A DNA stretch of 64,000 bases from positions 7,717-71,716 of the forward strand of contig JARRNJ010000007.1 of NCBI GenBank assembly GCA_037385045.1, read 5' to 3'. Below, piece by piece: positions 19,167 through 28,386 of this stretch; positions within the stretch are counted from its first letter, which is position 1; each line of letters opens with the position of its first letter. The translations under genes were made by a program, and so were the position numbers. The notes beneath the pieces were generated by a model, which ran no database searches, was not told where the DNA came from, and saw nothing but the letters and a program-made list of their open reading frames with translations. Source of the stretch: Gammaproteobacteria bacterium (GTDB lineage Bacteria; Pseudomonadota; Gammaproteobacteria; JASBUN01).

Positions 19167-20912
19167 ATGGCTCGCATGACCCCAAGCGAAGCGTTCGTGG
19201 AGACCCTGGTGGCCCAGGGCGTCAAGGACGTCTTCGGCATCGTCGGCTCCGCGTATATGGATGCGCTGGACCTGTTTCCGGCGGCGGGAATCCGCTTCAT
19301 TCCCACGGTCCACGAGCAAGGTTCGGCGCATATGGCGGACGGCTATTCCCGGGTCAGCGGCAAACAGGGGGTGTGCATCGGCCAGAACGGTCCTGGCATC
19401 ACCAATTTTGTCACCGCCATTGCCGCGGCCTACTGGGCCCATTCGCCAGTGGTGGCCATCACCCCGGAGACCGGCACCATGGGTGTGGGGTTGGGCGGTT
19501 TTCAGGAGGCCGATCAGCTGTCGATCTTCCAGTCCATCACCAAGTATCAGGCCCACGTCAACAACCCGGCGCGGATGGCCGAGATGACGGCCCGGGCCTT
19601 CGACCGGGCGCTGTCCGAGCGGGGCCCGACACAGCTGAATATTCCCCGGGATTACTTTTACGGTGAAATGGACACGGACATTCCCACGCCGGTGCGCATC
19701 GAGGCGCCCATCGGCGGCGCCAAGAGCCTGGAGGAGGCCGCCGACCTGCTGGCCGGTGCCAAATTCCCGGTGATCATGGCCGGCGGCGGCGTCATCAGCG
19801 CCGGCGGCGTCGAGGAAACCAAGCAATTGGCCGAGCGGCTTTCGGCGCCGGTGGTGACCAGCTACCTGCACAACGACGCCTTCCCGGCCAATCATCCGCT
19901 GTGGTGCGGCCCGTTGGGCTATCAGGGCTCCAAGGCCGGCATGAACCTGATCGCCAAAGCCGACGTGGTGCTGGCGCTGGGCACCCGCCTGGGCCCGTTC
20001 GGCACTCTGCCGCAATACGGCATGGACTACTGGCCCAAGTCGGCCAAGATCATCCAGGTGGACGTGGACTACCGCATGGTGGGCCTGGTCAAGTCGGTGG
20101 CCGTTGGCATCTGCGGCGACGCCCGGGGTGTGGCCGTGGCCTTGAGCGAACGCCTCCAGCAGCGCGATCTCGCCTGCCAGCAGAACCGCGAGGAGCGCGA
20201 GAAGGAGATCAAGCGCCAGCAGCAGGCGTGGGAAACCGAGCTCAACGACTGGACCCAGGAGACCGACGAATGGAGCCGTGAAGTCGCGGGCGAGGGTGGC
20301 CGCATGCATCCACGCCAGATGCTGCGGGCGATGGAGCGTGCCATGCCGGAGGACGCCATGGTGTCCACCGACATCGGCAACATCTGCTCGGTGTCCAACA
20401 GCTACCTGCGCTTCAACCGTCCCAACAGCATGTTCGCGGCCATGAGCTTCGGCAACTGCGGCTACGCCTTCCCCACCATCATCGGCGCCAAGGTGGCGGC
20501 GCCCGAGCGCCCGGCGGTGGCGTATGTGGGCGACGGCGCCTGGGCCATGAGCATGGTCGAGATCCTGACCTGCGTGCGCGAGAACATTCCGGTCACCGCG
20601 GTGGTGTTCAATAACCGCCAGTGGGGCGCCGAGAAGAAGAACCAGGTCGATTTCTACTCCCAGCGCTTTTTGGGCAGCAACCTGGAGAACCCGAGCTTCG
20701 CCGGCATTGCCCAGTCCATGGGCGCCCAGGGAGTGACCATCGAGCGCGTCGAGGAGGTGGGTCCGGCGCTGGCCAAGGCCTGCGAGGACCAGAAGCAGGG
20801 CAAGACCACCATCCTGGAAATGCTTGTCACCCGTGAGCTGGGCGAGCCGTTCCGCCGTGACGCGTTGAAGAAGCCGGTGCGCTTGCTTGACAAGTACAAG
20901 GACTTTGTCTGA
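19167..20912 (+). CDS. xsc: sulfoacetaldehyde acetyltransferase (ThDP-dependent)
   Basis: 581 aa. ThDP-enzyme N-terminus (GSAHMADGYSRVSG, GQNGPGITNF), ThDP motif GDGAW..NN, and segments I recall as Xsc-typical (HNDAFPANHPLWCGPLGYQGSKAGM, GTRLGPFGTLPQYGMDYWPK, ELGEPFRRDALKKPV). Confidence 0.8.
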   Translation: MARMTPSEAFVETLVAQGVKDVFGIVGSAYMDALDLFPAAGIRFIPTVHEQGSAHMADGYSRVSGKQGVCIGQNGPGITNFVTAIAAAYWAHSPVVAITPETGTMGVGLGGFQEADQLSIFQSITKYQAHVNNPARMAEMTARAFDRALSERGPTQLNIPRDYFYGEMDTDIPTPVRIEAPIGGAKSLEEAADLLAGAKFPVIMAGGGVISAGGVEETKQLAERLSAPVVTSYLHNDAFPANHPLWCGPLGYQGSKAGMNLIAKADVVLALGTRLGPFGTLPQYGMDYWPKSAKIIQVDVDYRMVGLVKSVAVGICGDARGVAVALSERLQQRDLACQQNREEREKEIKRQQQAWETELNDWTQETDEWSREVAGEGGRMHPRQMLRAMERAMPEDAMVSTDIGNICSVSNSYLRFNRPNSMFAAMSFGNCGYAFPTIIGAKVAAPERPAVAYVGDGAWAMSMVEILTCVRENIPVTAVVFNNRQWGAEKKNQVDFYSQRFLGSNLENPSFAGIAQSMGAQGVTIERVEEVGPALAKACEDQKQGKTTILEMLVTRELGEPFRRDALKKPVRLLDKYKDFV

Positions 20913-20959
20913 GATCGCGGCAACGCGGCGCTCGGCCAACCGCAACGACGGGTAGGAGC

Positions 20960-21400
20960 ATGTTCAATACCATCTTGGTTGCACTGGACGGATCGGATCA
21001 CGCTCGCCATGCGCTGAAGGTGGCGGTCGGACTGGCCGAGCGCTGCGGCGCGAAGCTGCTGCTGTGCCATGCCATCGAACCGCATCCGCTGCGTTCCGAC
21101 CTGAGCCGGATCGCCAGCGAAGCGGCCGAGGAAATGTACGAGCGCATCGGCGGTGAGGTGGCCGAACGTGTTCTCGGCGACGCCGAACAGGCGGCGCGCG
21201 AGGCCGGTATCGCCGAGATTGGCCGCGTGGTTCAGGAGGGCAGCGCGGCGCCGGCGATCGTCGCCGCCGCGGATCACGAGGGAGCCGACCTGATCGTGGT
21301 CGGCACCCGCGGGCTGACCGGACTGCACGAACTGGCCCTGGGCAGCGTCGCTCACAACGTCACTGCCATGGCCCATTGTCCGGTGGTGGTGGTGAAGTGA
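20960..21400 (+). CDS. universal stress protein (UspA family)
   Basis: 146 aa: MFNTILVALDGSDHA..., GADLIVVGTRGLTGLHELALGSVAHNV, HCPVVVVK. Confidence 0.85.
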   Translation: MFNTILVALDGSDHARHALKVAVGLAERCGAKLLLCHAIEPHPLRSDLSRIASEAAEEMYERIGGEVAERVLGDAEQAAREAGIAEIGRVVQEGSAAPAIVAAADHEGADLIVVGTRGLTGLHELALGSVAHNVTAMAHCPVVVVK

Positions 21401-21439
21401 CACCGCGCCGGATACCGGGCACCGGCGCCGGGGGTGCCG

Positions 21440-22639
21440 ATGGCTGACGGGTTGCTGGTCCTCAACGCCGGGTCATCGAGCATCAAGTTCGCCATGTACA
21501 GGCTCGGCGAGCCGGGCACCGATCCGCAGTTGCACCTGCGCGGCAACCTGTCCGGTATCGAAGAACAGCCGCACTTGTTCGCGGCTGACGCCTCCGGACG
21601 GCAGCTGGAGGAGGGCGTGCTGCCGGGGAGCGCGGTGCAAAACCACCAGGATGCACTCGATCATCTTCTCGATTGGCTGGATCGGCAGGCGCATGAAGTG
21701 CACTTGGTTGGCGTCGGGCATCGGGTGCTGCATGGCGGACGCGACTACACCCGGCCGGTAAGAATTACCCCGGATCTGTTGCAGCAGCTGGATCGCTTCT
21801 GCCCACTGGGGCCGGACAACCAGCCCCACAACCTTGCCGGGATCCGTGCCATGGAAGCGGTGGCACCGGACCTGCCCCAAGTGGCGTGTTTTGACACGGC
21901 GTTTCACGCCCGTCAGCCGCCGGTCGCGCGCCTGATGCCGCTGCCGGGCGAATACGCTGACCGCGGCTTCGTCCGTTATGGGTTCCACGGCCTGTCATAT
22001 GACTACATCACCAGCGTACTGCCGTCGTACAACGACGGGCATTTTCCCCAACGGCTGATCATCGCCCACCTGGGCAGCGGCGCCAGCGCCGCCGCTATCA
22101 AGGACGGTGTCGGCATCGCAACGACCATGGGGCTTACCGCCCTGGACGGCCTCATGATGGGCACCCGGTCGGGTTCCCTGGACCCGGGCGCGCTGCTGTA
22201 TCTGATGGAGGAGGACGGACTGGGCGCGCAGGAGCTCAGCGACCTGCTGTACAAGCGCTCCGGTCTGTTGGGCGTTTCCGGCATCAGCGCGGACATGCGG
22301 GTGCTGCTGGACAGTTCCGAACCAGGCGCGCGGCGGGCCGTGGATCTGTTTAGTTATCGTGTTGTGCGCGCGGTCGGTTCGCTGGTCGCCGCACTGCAGG
22401 GCCTCGACGGACTGGTATTCACCGGCGGGATCGGCGAGCACGCCGCCACCATCCGGGCCGGGGTCTGCCACCAGTTGCGTTGGCTGGGGCTGGATCTGGA
22501 CGAGAACGCCAACGACCGCCACGGTCCGGTGATTACGCAGGCCACCAGTGCCGTCAAGGGTTGGGTGATCCCCACCAATGAAGAGCTGGTGATCGCGCGC
22601 CATACCATGGAAGTGTTGGCGCGGGAATCCGCCGGGTAA
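21440..22639 (+). CDS. ackA: acetate kinase
   Basis: LVLNAGSSSIKFAMY, VGHRVLHGG, YGFHGLSY, AHLGSGASAAAI, FTGGIGEH. ATG at 21440; an alternative GTG lies at 21434. Confidence 0.9.
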   Translation: MADGLLVLNAGSSSIKFAMYRLGEPGTDPQLHLRGNLSGIEEQPHLFAADASGRQLEEGVLPGSAVQNHQDALDHLLDWLDRQAHEVHLVGVGHRVLHGGRDYTRPVRITPDLLQQLDRFCPLGPDNQPHNLAGIRAMEAVAPDLPQVACFDTAFHARQPPVARLMPLPGEYADRGFVRYGFHGLSYDYITSVLPSYNDGHFPQRLIIAHLGSGASAAAIKDGVGIATTMGLTALDGLMMGTRSGSLDPGALLYLMEEDGLGAQELSDLLYKRSGLLGVSGISADMRVLLDSSEPGARRAVDLFSYRVVRAVGSLVAALQGLDGLVFTGGIGEHAATIRAGVCHQLRWLGLDLDENANDRHGPVITQATSAVKGWVIPTNEELVIARHTMEVLARESAG

Positions 22640-22730
22640 GGGCGCGCTCAAGGGCGCGCGCATAACATCAAAGCCGAGGCCGGCGGCGTTGTAGCACCGA
22701 TCCCCTCCCATCTCCTGTTTGTGAGGACCG

Positions 22731-23522
22731 ATGAACGCTGTAGTTTCCGAGGTCGGCGCGGCCCTGAGCGGGATCGCGCCCCATGTGCTGGTCGGTGTGA
22801 TACTGGTGCTGGCGCTTGCGGGCCTGATCAAGGGCACCCTGGGTTTCGGGTTGCCGTTGGTGGCGATATCGCTGCTCTCGAACGTCGTGGAGATCCACCT
22901 GGCGTTGGCGTTGGTGACGCTGCCGATCGTGCTCAGCAACCTTTGGCTGGGCCTGCAGGGCGGCGACTTTCCCGGAACGCTGCGCAAGTACTGGATGGTG
23001 GTGCTGGCGGTCGGTGTCGGCATTTTCGCCGGTTCGCGGGTGCTGGTGGGCATCGACAAAAACCTGCTGATGTTCCTCCTGGGCACGGTGATCATCGTTT
23101 TCGCCCTGGCGGAGCAATTCAAGTCGGGCGCCGGGCTGGTGATCCCCCCGCATGCGGAAAGGGGGTGGGGCATCGCCGCGGGCCTCGTGGCCGGACTGAT
23201 GGGCGGCCTGTCCACCGCCTACGGCCCGCCGCTGATCATGTACCTGACCGCGTTGCGGCTGCCGAAGGAGGTCTACATCGGCACCCTGGGCGTGATCTGG
23301 TTCTTTGCGTCGATCTTCCTGGTGGCGGCGTTCTCCAGCGTCAAGATCCTCACGCCGTATACGGCAGTCCTTTCGGGGCTTTCGGTGTTTCCCGTGTTCG
23401 TCGGCATGGCGCTGGGCAAACGGCTGCGCGCGCGCATCGACCAGCACCTGTTTCAGCGTCTGACCCTGATCGCACTGGTGATTCTGGCCCTGAACCTGCT
23501 GCGCCGCGGCTTGTGGGGCTGA
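22731..23522 (+). CDS. TauE/SafE-family anion (sulfite) exporter
   Basis: 263-aa protein with about 7-8 TM segments and the characteristic N-terminus LIKGTLGFGLPLVAISLL plus the repeated half GLMGGLSTAYGPPLIMYL. Confidence 0.8.
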   Translation: MNAVVSEVGAALSGIAPHVLVGVILVLALAGLIKGTLGFGLPLVAISLLSNVVEIHLALALVTLPIVLSNLWLGLQGGDFPGTLRKYWMVVLAVGVGIFAGSRVLVGIDKNLLMFLLGTVIIVFALAEQFKSGAGLVIPPHAERGWGIAAGLVAGLMGGLSTAYGPPLIMYLTALRLPKEVYIGTLGVIWFFASIFLVAAFSSVKILTPYTAVLSGLSVFPVFVGMALGKRLRARIDQHLFQRLTLIALVILALNLLRRGLWG

Positions 23523-23535
23523 ACGCGGTTCCGCA

Positions 23536-23961
23536 TCAACTTCGCCGCCCGCCGGCGTAACGCCGGTAGAAATCCGGCGCCGCACGTACGGCAACCGCCA
23601 TGCGCCGGGCCCGCCGGTGCCACTCGACGGCCAGCGGCGGCGGCAGGTGGTCGGCGAGGGTCGCCCGCAACACTGCCAGCCAGGCCTCCACCAGCGAGTC
23701 GTCGACCCCGACGCGCCAATGGGTCAGGCCGATGTCGTATCGGTACCCCTGGTACGGCCGTCCCCCGAGGGCGACCCACCAGAAATGGGTCAGCTTGGCT
23801 GTGTGCGCCGCCCAGTCCCGCACCGTTGCAAAGGGCTGTGACAACTGCGGATGGCGCTGCACACGGTCGTAGAAATCGGCGACCACAACCGCCACCCGGT
23901 GATGACCGATACGCGCGTGGGTGCTGCGCGCACGTAATGTGGATGGCTTTTCGCCCGGCAT
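23536..23961 (-). CDS. group-III truncated haemoglobin-like globin
   Basis: 141 aa. FYDRVQRHPQLSQPF..W..H..KLTHFWWVALGGRPYQG..H..WLAVLRATL follows the pattern of Ctb-type truncated globins. Confidence 0.6.
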   Translation of the reverse strand: MPGEKPSTLRARSTHARIGHHRVAVVVADFYDRVQRHPQLSQPFATVRDWAAHTAKLTHFWWVALGGRPYQGYRYDIGLTHWRVGVDDSLVEAWLAVLRATLADHLPPPLAVEWHRRARRMAVAVRAAPDFYRRYAGGRRS

Positions 23962-24090
23962 GCTCTCGGCTCCGCGTCTCCCACGGGTGATTTACCGATG
24001 ATGACGCCGGTCTCAGGCCGGCTCCATGACCAAAGTCAAGTGAGTAAATACATTAAATAATAACTATAACATTATGTAATACAATACTAT

Positions 24091-27000
24091 CTAGCTGGCA
24101 CTCGTACCGGAAACTGCGTGATGAGGGGTGGTGCGCGGATGCCAACGCAGATACAGGGCGGGGATCAGGTTGGTGCTGAGCAGGGAACTCCAGACCACCC
24201 CGCCGAGGACCACAGCCGCCAGCCCCTGTTCGGGTGCGGCGCCGGCGCCCCAGGCCAGGGCGGTCGGCAGCATGCCCAGCACCGCCGTCAGTGTGGTGAG
24301 GACGATGGGCCGGAAGCGTACCGCTACCGCGTCGAAGACTGCCTCGTGCGCCGCCATTCCGCGTCGCTCGTTACGCTGGGCCCGGTGCAACAACACGATG
24401 CCGTGATTGAGGCTGATGCCCATGACCGTGAGAAACCCGACCAGGCCGACGGCGTTGAGTCCAACGCCGCTGAGGGCCAATGCCAGCGCGCCGCCGGTGC
24501 AGGCGAGCGGCACCTGGATCAGCAGAATGGCCGGCACCCGCAGGCTGCCGAACTGCATCAGCAGGATGGCCACTGCCAATACCAGCGCAGCGGCGGCGGC
24601 CAGCGCCAGCACCACGCCGGTGTGGCGCAGGCGGGGGTAAAGCCCGCCCACCGACACGCGATAACCCGGCGGCAGCTGCATCCCCGACAGGGCCCGCCGG
24701 ATACCTGCGGCGGCGGCTCCCAAGGTGCCGTGAGGGGTCGCCAGGATCGCCATCGCCCGGGCGCCGTCCCGGTGCCGCAGCTGGTTGGGAACCGTGCGCA
24801 GACGGACCCGGGCCAGTCGGCCCAGGGGCGTCCAGCCATGGTCGGTGTGAATCAGCAGGGCGCGCAAACGCGCAGGGCTCAGGTATGGTGCGTCGGCCAG
24901 GCGCATGTAGAGGTCGACGCGGTGGTTCGACTCGGGAATGCGCGCGATGACCTGTCCGCCGAGCGCCGGGCGCAACTGCGCATACAGGGATTGGGCGCTG
25001 ACGCCGTAAAGGCCCAGGGCATCGGTGCGCGGCGCAACGTCCAGCGCCGTGACCGGGTAGCCGTCATTGTCGAACACGGCGGCCAGCGCCGGCGTCCTGC
25101 GCAGGCGTGCGCTGACCCGGGCGGCAACCTGGCGCAACAATGGGATTCTTTGTCCGTACACGGTAACGACCAGCGGCTGCGGAAGCCCGGAGAGGCTTTC
25201 ACCGACCCGTTCCACGGTCGGGGTATCGAAGCCCTGCTGCACGCCGGTGGTGGAGCTGGCCGCCTGCAGCCGGTGCGCGACGGCATCCAGGTTTTCGCGG
25301 CCGCTGCCCGGCTTCAACACGGCCTGGATTTCGCCGGCGAAACTGCGCTCGGTGTAGGCGGTGTCGCCCGCCGAACCGATGCGCGCGAACACGTGGGCCA
25401 CCTCGGGGCGGGCGGCGAGCGCCCGGGTGATGTGCTCCACCGCCCGGCGGGTGTCGTCGAGGGCCGTGCCCGGCGGCAGGGTGAAGCTGTCGAGCAATAC
25501 GCCTTCGTTTGGCAGCGGCAGGAAGTTCATGGGCACCTGGAACAGCAGCAAGAGGCTGACCCCGAACAGCAATGCTGCCCCACCCAGGCTGGTCAGCGGA
25601 CGGGCGACGGTGAGTTGCAGCAGGCGGTGGTTGGTCCGTTGCAGTCGGGCGAGCGCCCGGGCGCCCGGCGTCGCACGAGGTCGGGTCGGCGGCCGGATGT
25701 GGGACAGGGCCAGAGGAATCAGCGTCAGGGACACCAACAGCGAGCCGAGCAGGGCGACGGTCATGGCCAGGGCGAAGGGCAGAAAGAACAATGCCGCCAA
25801 TCCGCCCGCCGCCAGCAGCGGGGCATAACTCGACACCGTGGTCAGGGTGCCGGTGAAGTCCGGACCGGCGATGTCCACCAACCCGGACCAGACCCCGGCG
25901 ATGCCGGTCTCACCCTGCTCCCAGCGATGGTAGATGCTTTCCATGACAATGATGGCGTCATCGGCCAGCAGCCCCACCGCCACCGACAGCGCGCCCAGCG
26001 TCAACAGGTTCAGGCTGTGCCCGGTGGCGTAGATGCCCGCCACGGCGCTCAGCAATGCCACCGGGACACTGAGCGCCAGGATCCAGACACCGCGATGGGT
26101 GCCGAGGACGGCGAACAGGACCAGGATCGCCAGGACCGCGCCTACCAGCAGGTTGCGCCCCAGATCCCGGCCGATGAGCGATACCACGTGCCCCTGGTCG
26201 TAGACGTGCACCCAGTGGCTGCCGGGCGGCAACTGGGCCTGCAGCTGCCGCAGCCTGGCGGAGACCGCCCGGGAAACCGGCACCGTCGAGGCGCCGGGCT
26301 GTTTGTACACCAGCATGGCCACGGTGGGCCGGCCGTCGAGCAGAGTGGCGTTGTGCAGCGGCTCGGCGGTGTGCACGATGCGCGCCAGGCTGCCGAGGGG
26401 AATGCGTTGCTTACCGGCGGGAATCGACACCCGCGCCAGGTCTTGGATGCGCTTTGGCAGGTGGCGTGCCTGCAGCAGCACGTCCTGATGACCGAGCACC
26501 AAATGGCCCGCCGGTCCGAGCACCACGCTCTGGCGGATGGTTTTCGCGATGGTCGACAGGGAAACGTTGTAGCGGCGCAGTTGCGCCAATTGCGGCTGAA
26601 TCCACAATGCCTCCTGCCCGCCGCCAAAGACCTCGACCCGCTGCACGCCCGGCAGCGCGCGCAGCGCCGGTGCGATGACCGCCTGTATCGTGCGTTGCAC
26701 TTTCCAGGCCGGGGTGCCCCCTGGAATATCGACGGCGTAGTCGGCCACTTCGTTGATGGGGTTGCCCAGCGCCTCGGCGTACGGTTGCACGCCGCCTGGA
26801 AGGCTGGCTTGCGAACGATCCAGCGCACTGTTCACCGCCTGCAGGTCCTGCTGCACTGCAGTGCCCTGGCGAAAGCGGACGCTGATGCGCAAGGTACCCT
26901 GACCCATTACCGAGCGCACACCGGTGACATCCGGGACGGCCAGCAGTTGTCGTTCCAGCGGCCGCGTCAGCAGCGTTTCCACCTCGACGGCGGAGGCGCC

Positions 27001-27177
27001 CGGGTAGTGGGCGATGACGCTGATTTCCGGGTAATCGAACCGGGGCAGCACCTCCACTGGTACGTGCCACAACGCATAGCCACCGTAGCCCAGGAGCAGA
27101 CCGTAGCCCAGCAGCCCCAGCAGCGGGCGCGAAACCAGCCAAACGAACCATGCCGGAACCCGGGTACCGCCGCCCAT
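24091..27177 (-). CDS. RND efflux transporter permease (CusA/CzcA-AcrB superfamily)
   Basis: About 1028 aa from MGGGTRVPAWFVWLVSRPLLG, with 12-TM RND architecture (LPRFDYPEISVIAHYPGAS, DDAIIVMESI, GISLNHGIVLL). The ATG at 27177 lies 1 nt after the adaptor stop (TGAcATG). Confidence 0.9.
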   Translation of the reverse strand: MGGGTRVPAWFVWLVSRPLLGLLGYGLLLGYGGYALWHVPVEVLPRFDYPEISVIAHYPGASAVEVETLLTRPLERQLLAVPDVTGVRSVMGQGTLRISVRFRQGTAVQQDLQAVNSALDRSQASLPGGVQPYAEALGNPINEVADYAVDIPGGTPAWKVQRTIQAVIAPALRALPGVQRVEVFGGGQEALWIQPQLAQLRRYNVSLSTIAKTIRQSVVLGPAGHLVLGHQDVLLQARHLPKRIQDLARVSIPAGKQRIPLGSLARIVHTAEPLHNATLLDGRPTVAMLVYKQPGASTVPVSRAVSARLRQLQAQLPPGSHWVHVYDQGHVVSLIGRDLGRNLLVGAVLAILVLFAVLGTHRGVWILALSVPVALLSAVAGIYATGHSLNLLTLGALSVAVGLLADDAIIVMESIYHRWEQGETGIAGVWSGLVDIAGPDFTGTLTTVSSYAPLLAAGGLAALFFLPFALAMTVALLGSLLVSLTLIPLALSHIRPPTRPRATPGARALARLQRTNHRLLQLTVARPLTSLGGAALLFGVSLLLLFQVPMNFLPLPNEGVLLDSFTLPPGTALDDTRRAVEHITRALAARPEVAHVFARIGSAGDTAYTERSFAGEIQAVLKPGSGRENLDAVAHRLQAASSTTGVQQGFDTPTVERVGESLSGLPQPLVVTVYGQRIPLLRQVAARVSARLRRTPALAAVFDNDGYPVTALDVAPRTDALGLYGVSAQSLYAQLRPALGGQVIARIPESNHRVDLYMRLADAPYLSPARLRALLIHTDHGWTPLGRLARVRLRTVPNQLRHRDGARAMAILATPHGTLGAAAAGIRRALSGMQLPPGYRVSVGGLYPRLRHTGVVLALAAAAALVLAVAILLMQFGSLRVPAILLIQVPLACTGGALALALSGVGLNAVGLVGFLTVMGISLNHGIVLLHRAQRNERRGMAAHEAVFDAVAVRFRPIVLTTLTAVLGMLPTALAWGAGAAPEQGLAAVVLGGVVWSSLLSTNLIPALYLRWHPRTTPHHAVSGTSAS

Positions 27178-27178
27178 G

Positions 27179-28048
27179 TCAGTCCGGGGGTTGATAGTGC
27201 TGGGTGAAGTCCCGGTGGAAGCGCAGATAGACGTCGGATACGCGGACCTGCTGTCCCGGCTGCAGGCCCTGCCGGATGAACGTCTCATCGGCGCGCGCGG
27301 AGCCGGGCACCACCGCCTGTGGTCGGTCGCCGGCGCGCGTGTGCAGCAATACCCACCAGCGCCCACGGTCCAGCACCAGGGCGGATGTGGGAACCACGGT
27401 GCCGTGCCGCCGCTCGCCCTGCAGGGTCACCGTTCCGGCATCCCCATTGCGCCAAGTGCCGGAACCTTTGGTCGCGGCGCACAACACCTCGCGGCCGCTG
27501 TCGCTGCGCAGCGGCTGAATCCGGCTGATGACCTTGACTGCGACCCTGGTCCCGCTCCCCAGCGGGCGAAACGTGCCATGCATGCCGACGTGCACGGACT
27601 CGGCGTCGCGGCCGTAGAAGACCGCCCTCAGCCACAGGGCATGGAGCGGGGCCAGGTCGATCAGGGCGTCGCCTGCGCCGACGCGTTGGCCATCGCCGAC
27701 GCTCACCGACACGACTGTGCCCGCCACCGGCGCGCCGACGGTGGTCGTGGCTTTCTGGTACTGCAGGCGCGCTTGGGCGGCATCGGCGACAGACCGGCGT
27801 TCTGCGACATCCGCTCGGGCGCGCTGCAGTTCCTTGCGAGTGCTAACGCCGGGGTAGGTCTCCCGGAGCCGATGCAGGGCCTGTTGTGCAAGATGCAGGG
27901 CAGCCTGAGCGCGGGCGGCGGCGGCCGCAGCCTGTTCAAGTTCCATGCGCCGTTCAGCGCCGCCGAGAGTTGCAATGACGTCGCTGCGGTGCACCAAATG
28001 CCACTCCGGGGGCTGCCGATGCCGGAGCAGGCAGCCACGCCAAGACAC
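27179..28048 (-). CDS. RND periplasmic adaptor (MFP), apparently N-terminally degraded
   Basis: Coiled-coil hairpin (ELEQAAAAAARAQAALHLAQQAL..ARLQYQ), a lipoyl half (APVAGTVVSVSVGDGQRVGAGDALIDL) and beta-barrel/MP regions. The TM/signal segment HPLGWILTLVLGVLAWL is in a different frame (27954-28238). Confidence 0.65.
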   Translation of the reverse strand: MSWRGCLLRHRQPPEWHLVHRSDVIATLGGAERRMELEQAAAAAARAQAALHLAQQALHRLRETYPGVSTRKELQRARADVAERRSVADAAQARLQYQKATTTVGAPVAGTVVSVSVGDGQRVGAGDALIDLAPLHALWLRAVFYGRDAESVHVGMHGTFRPLGSGTRVAVKVISRIQPLRSDSGREVLCAATKGSGTWRNGDAGTVTLQGERRHGTVVPTSALVLDRGRWWVLLHTRAGDRPQAVVPGSARADETFIRQGLQPGQQVRVSDVYLRFHRDFTQHYQPPD

Positions 28049-28386
28049 CGAGAACCAGCGTCAGGATCCAGCCGAGCGGATGCGGGCCCGCGCCGCTTGC
28101 GGAACCGGCAGGGAACCCGGACGCTGGCCGGAGCCGCTGTGGAATACGGATGCCGGTCATTGTTGCGGCCATCGATGGGCGCGCCTCTGACAGGGGACGG
28201 AGCTTCACCTCGAAGCAGGAATGATGCCGTGTCAACAAACTTTAAGAAACGTTTTTAAGTAACTAATAAACCAATAAATTATTTGACAGCGCACCGCGCC
28301 GTTGGTGGTGCATAGCAACCATCGACGGGGGTATGAAACCATAATGAGGTTGGGTTTGGGCCCGACGGCGGCGGCCCGGCGGTTGG

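Noticed and set aside
24118-27207. Very long ORFs antisense to real genes (also 1063-2808, 6783-8741, 16054-17559, 18444-20945, 41813-42913, 43118-44437, 50589-52004)
   Set aside because: Their translations are Arg/Gly/Pro/Ala/His-rich with no recognisable domains. Each lies exactly opposite a gene with clear family motifs. These are typical shadow ORFs of GC-rich DNA.
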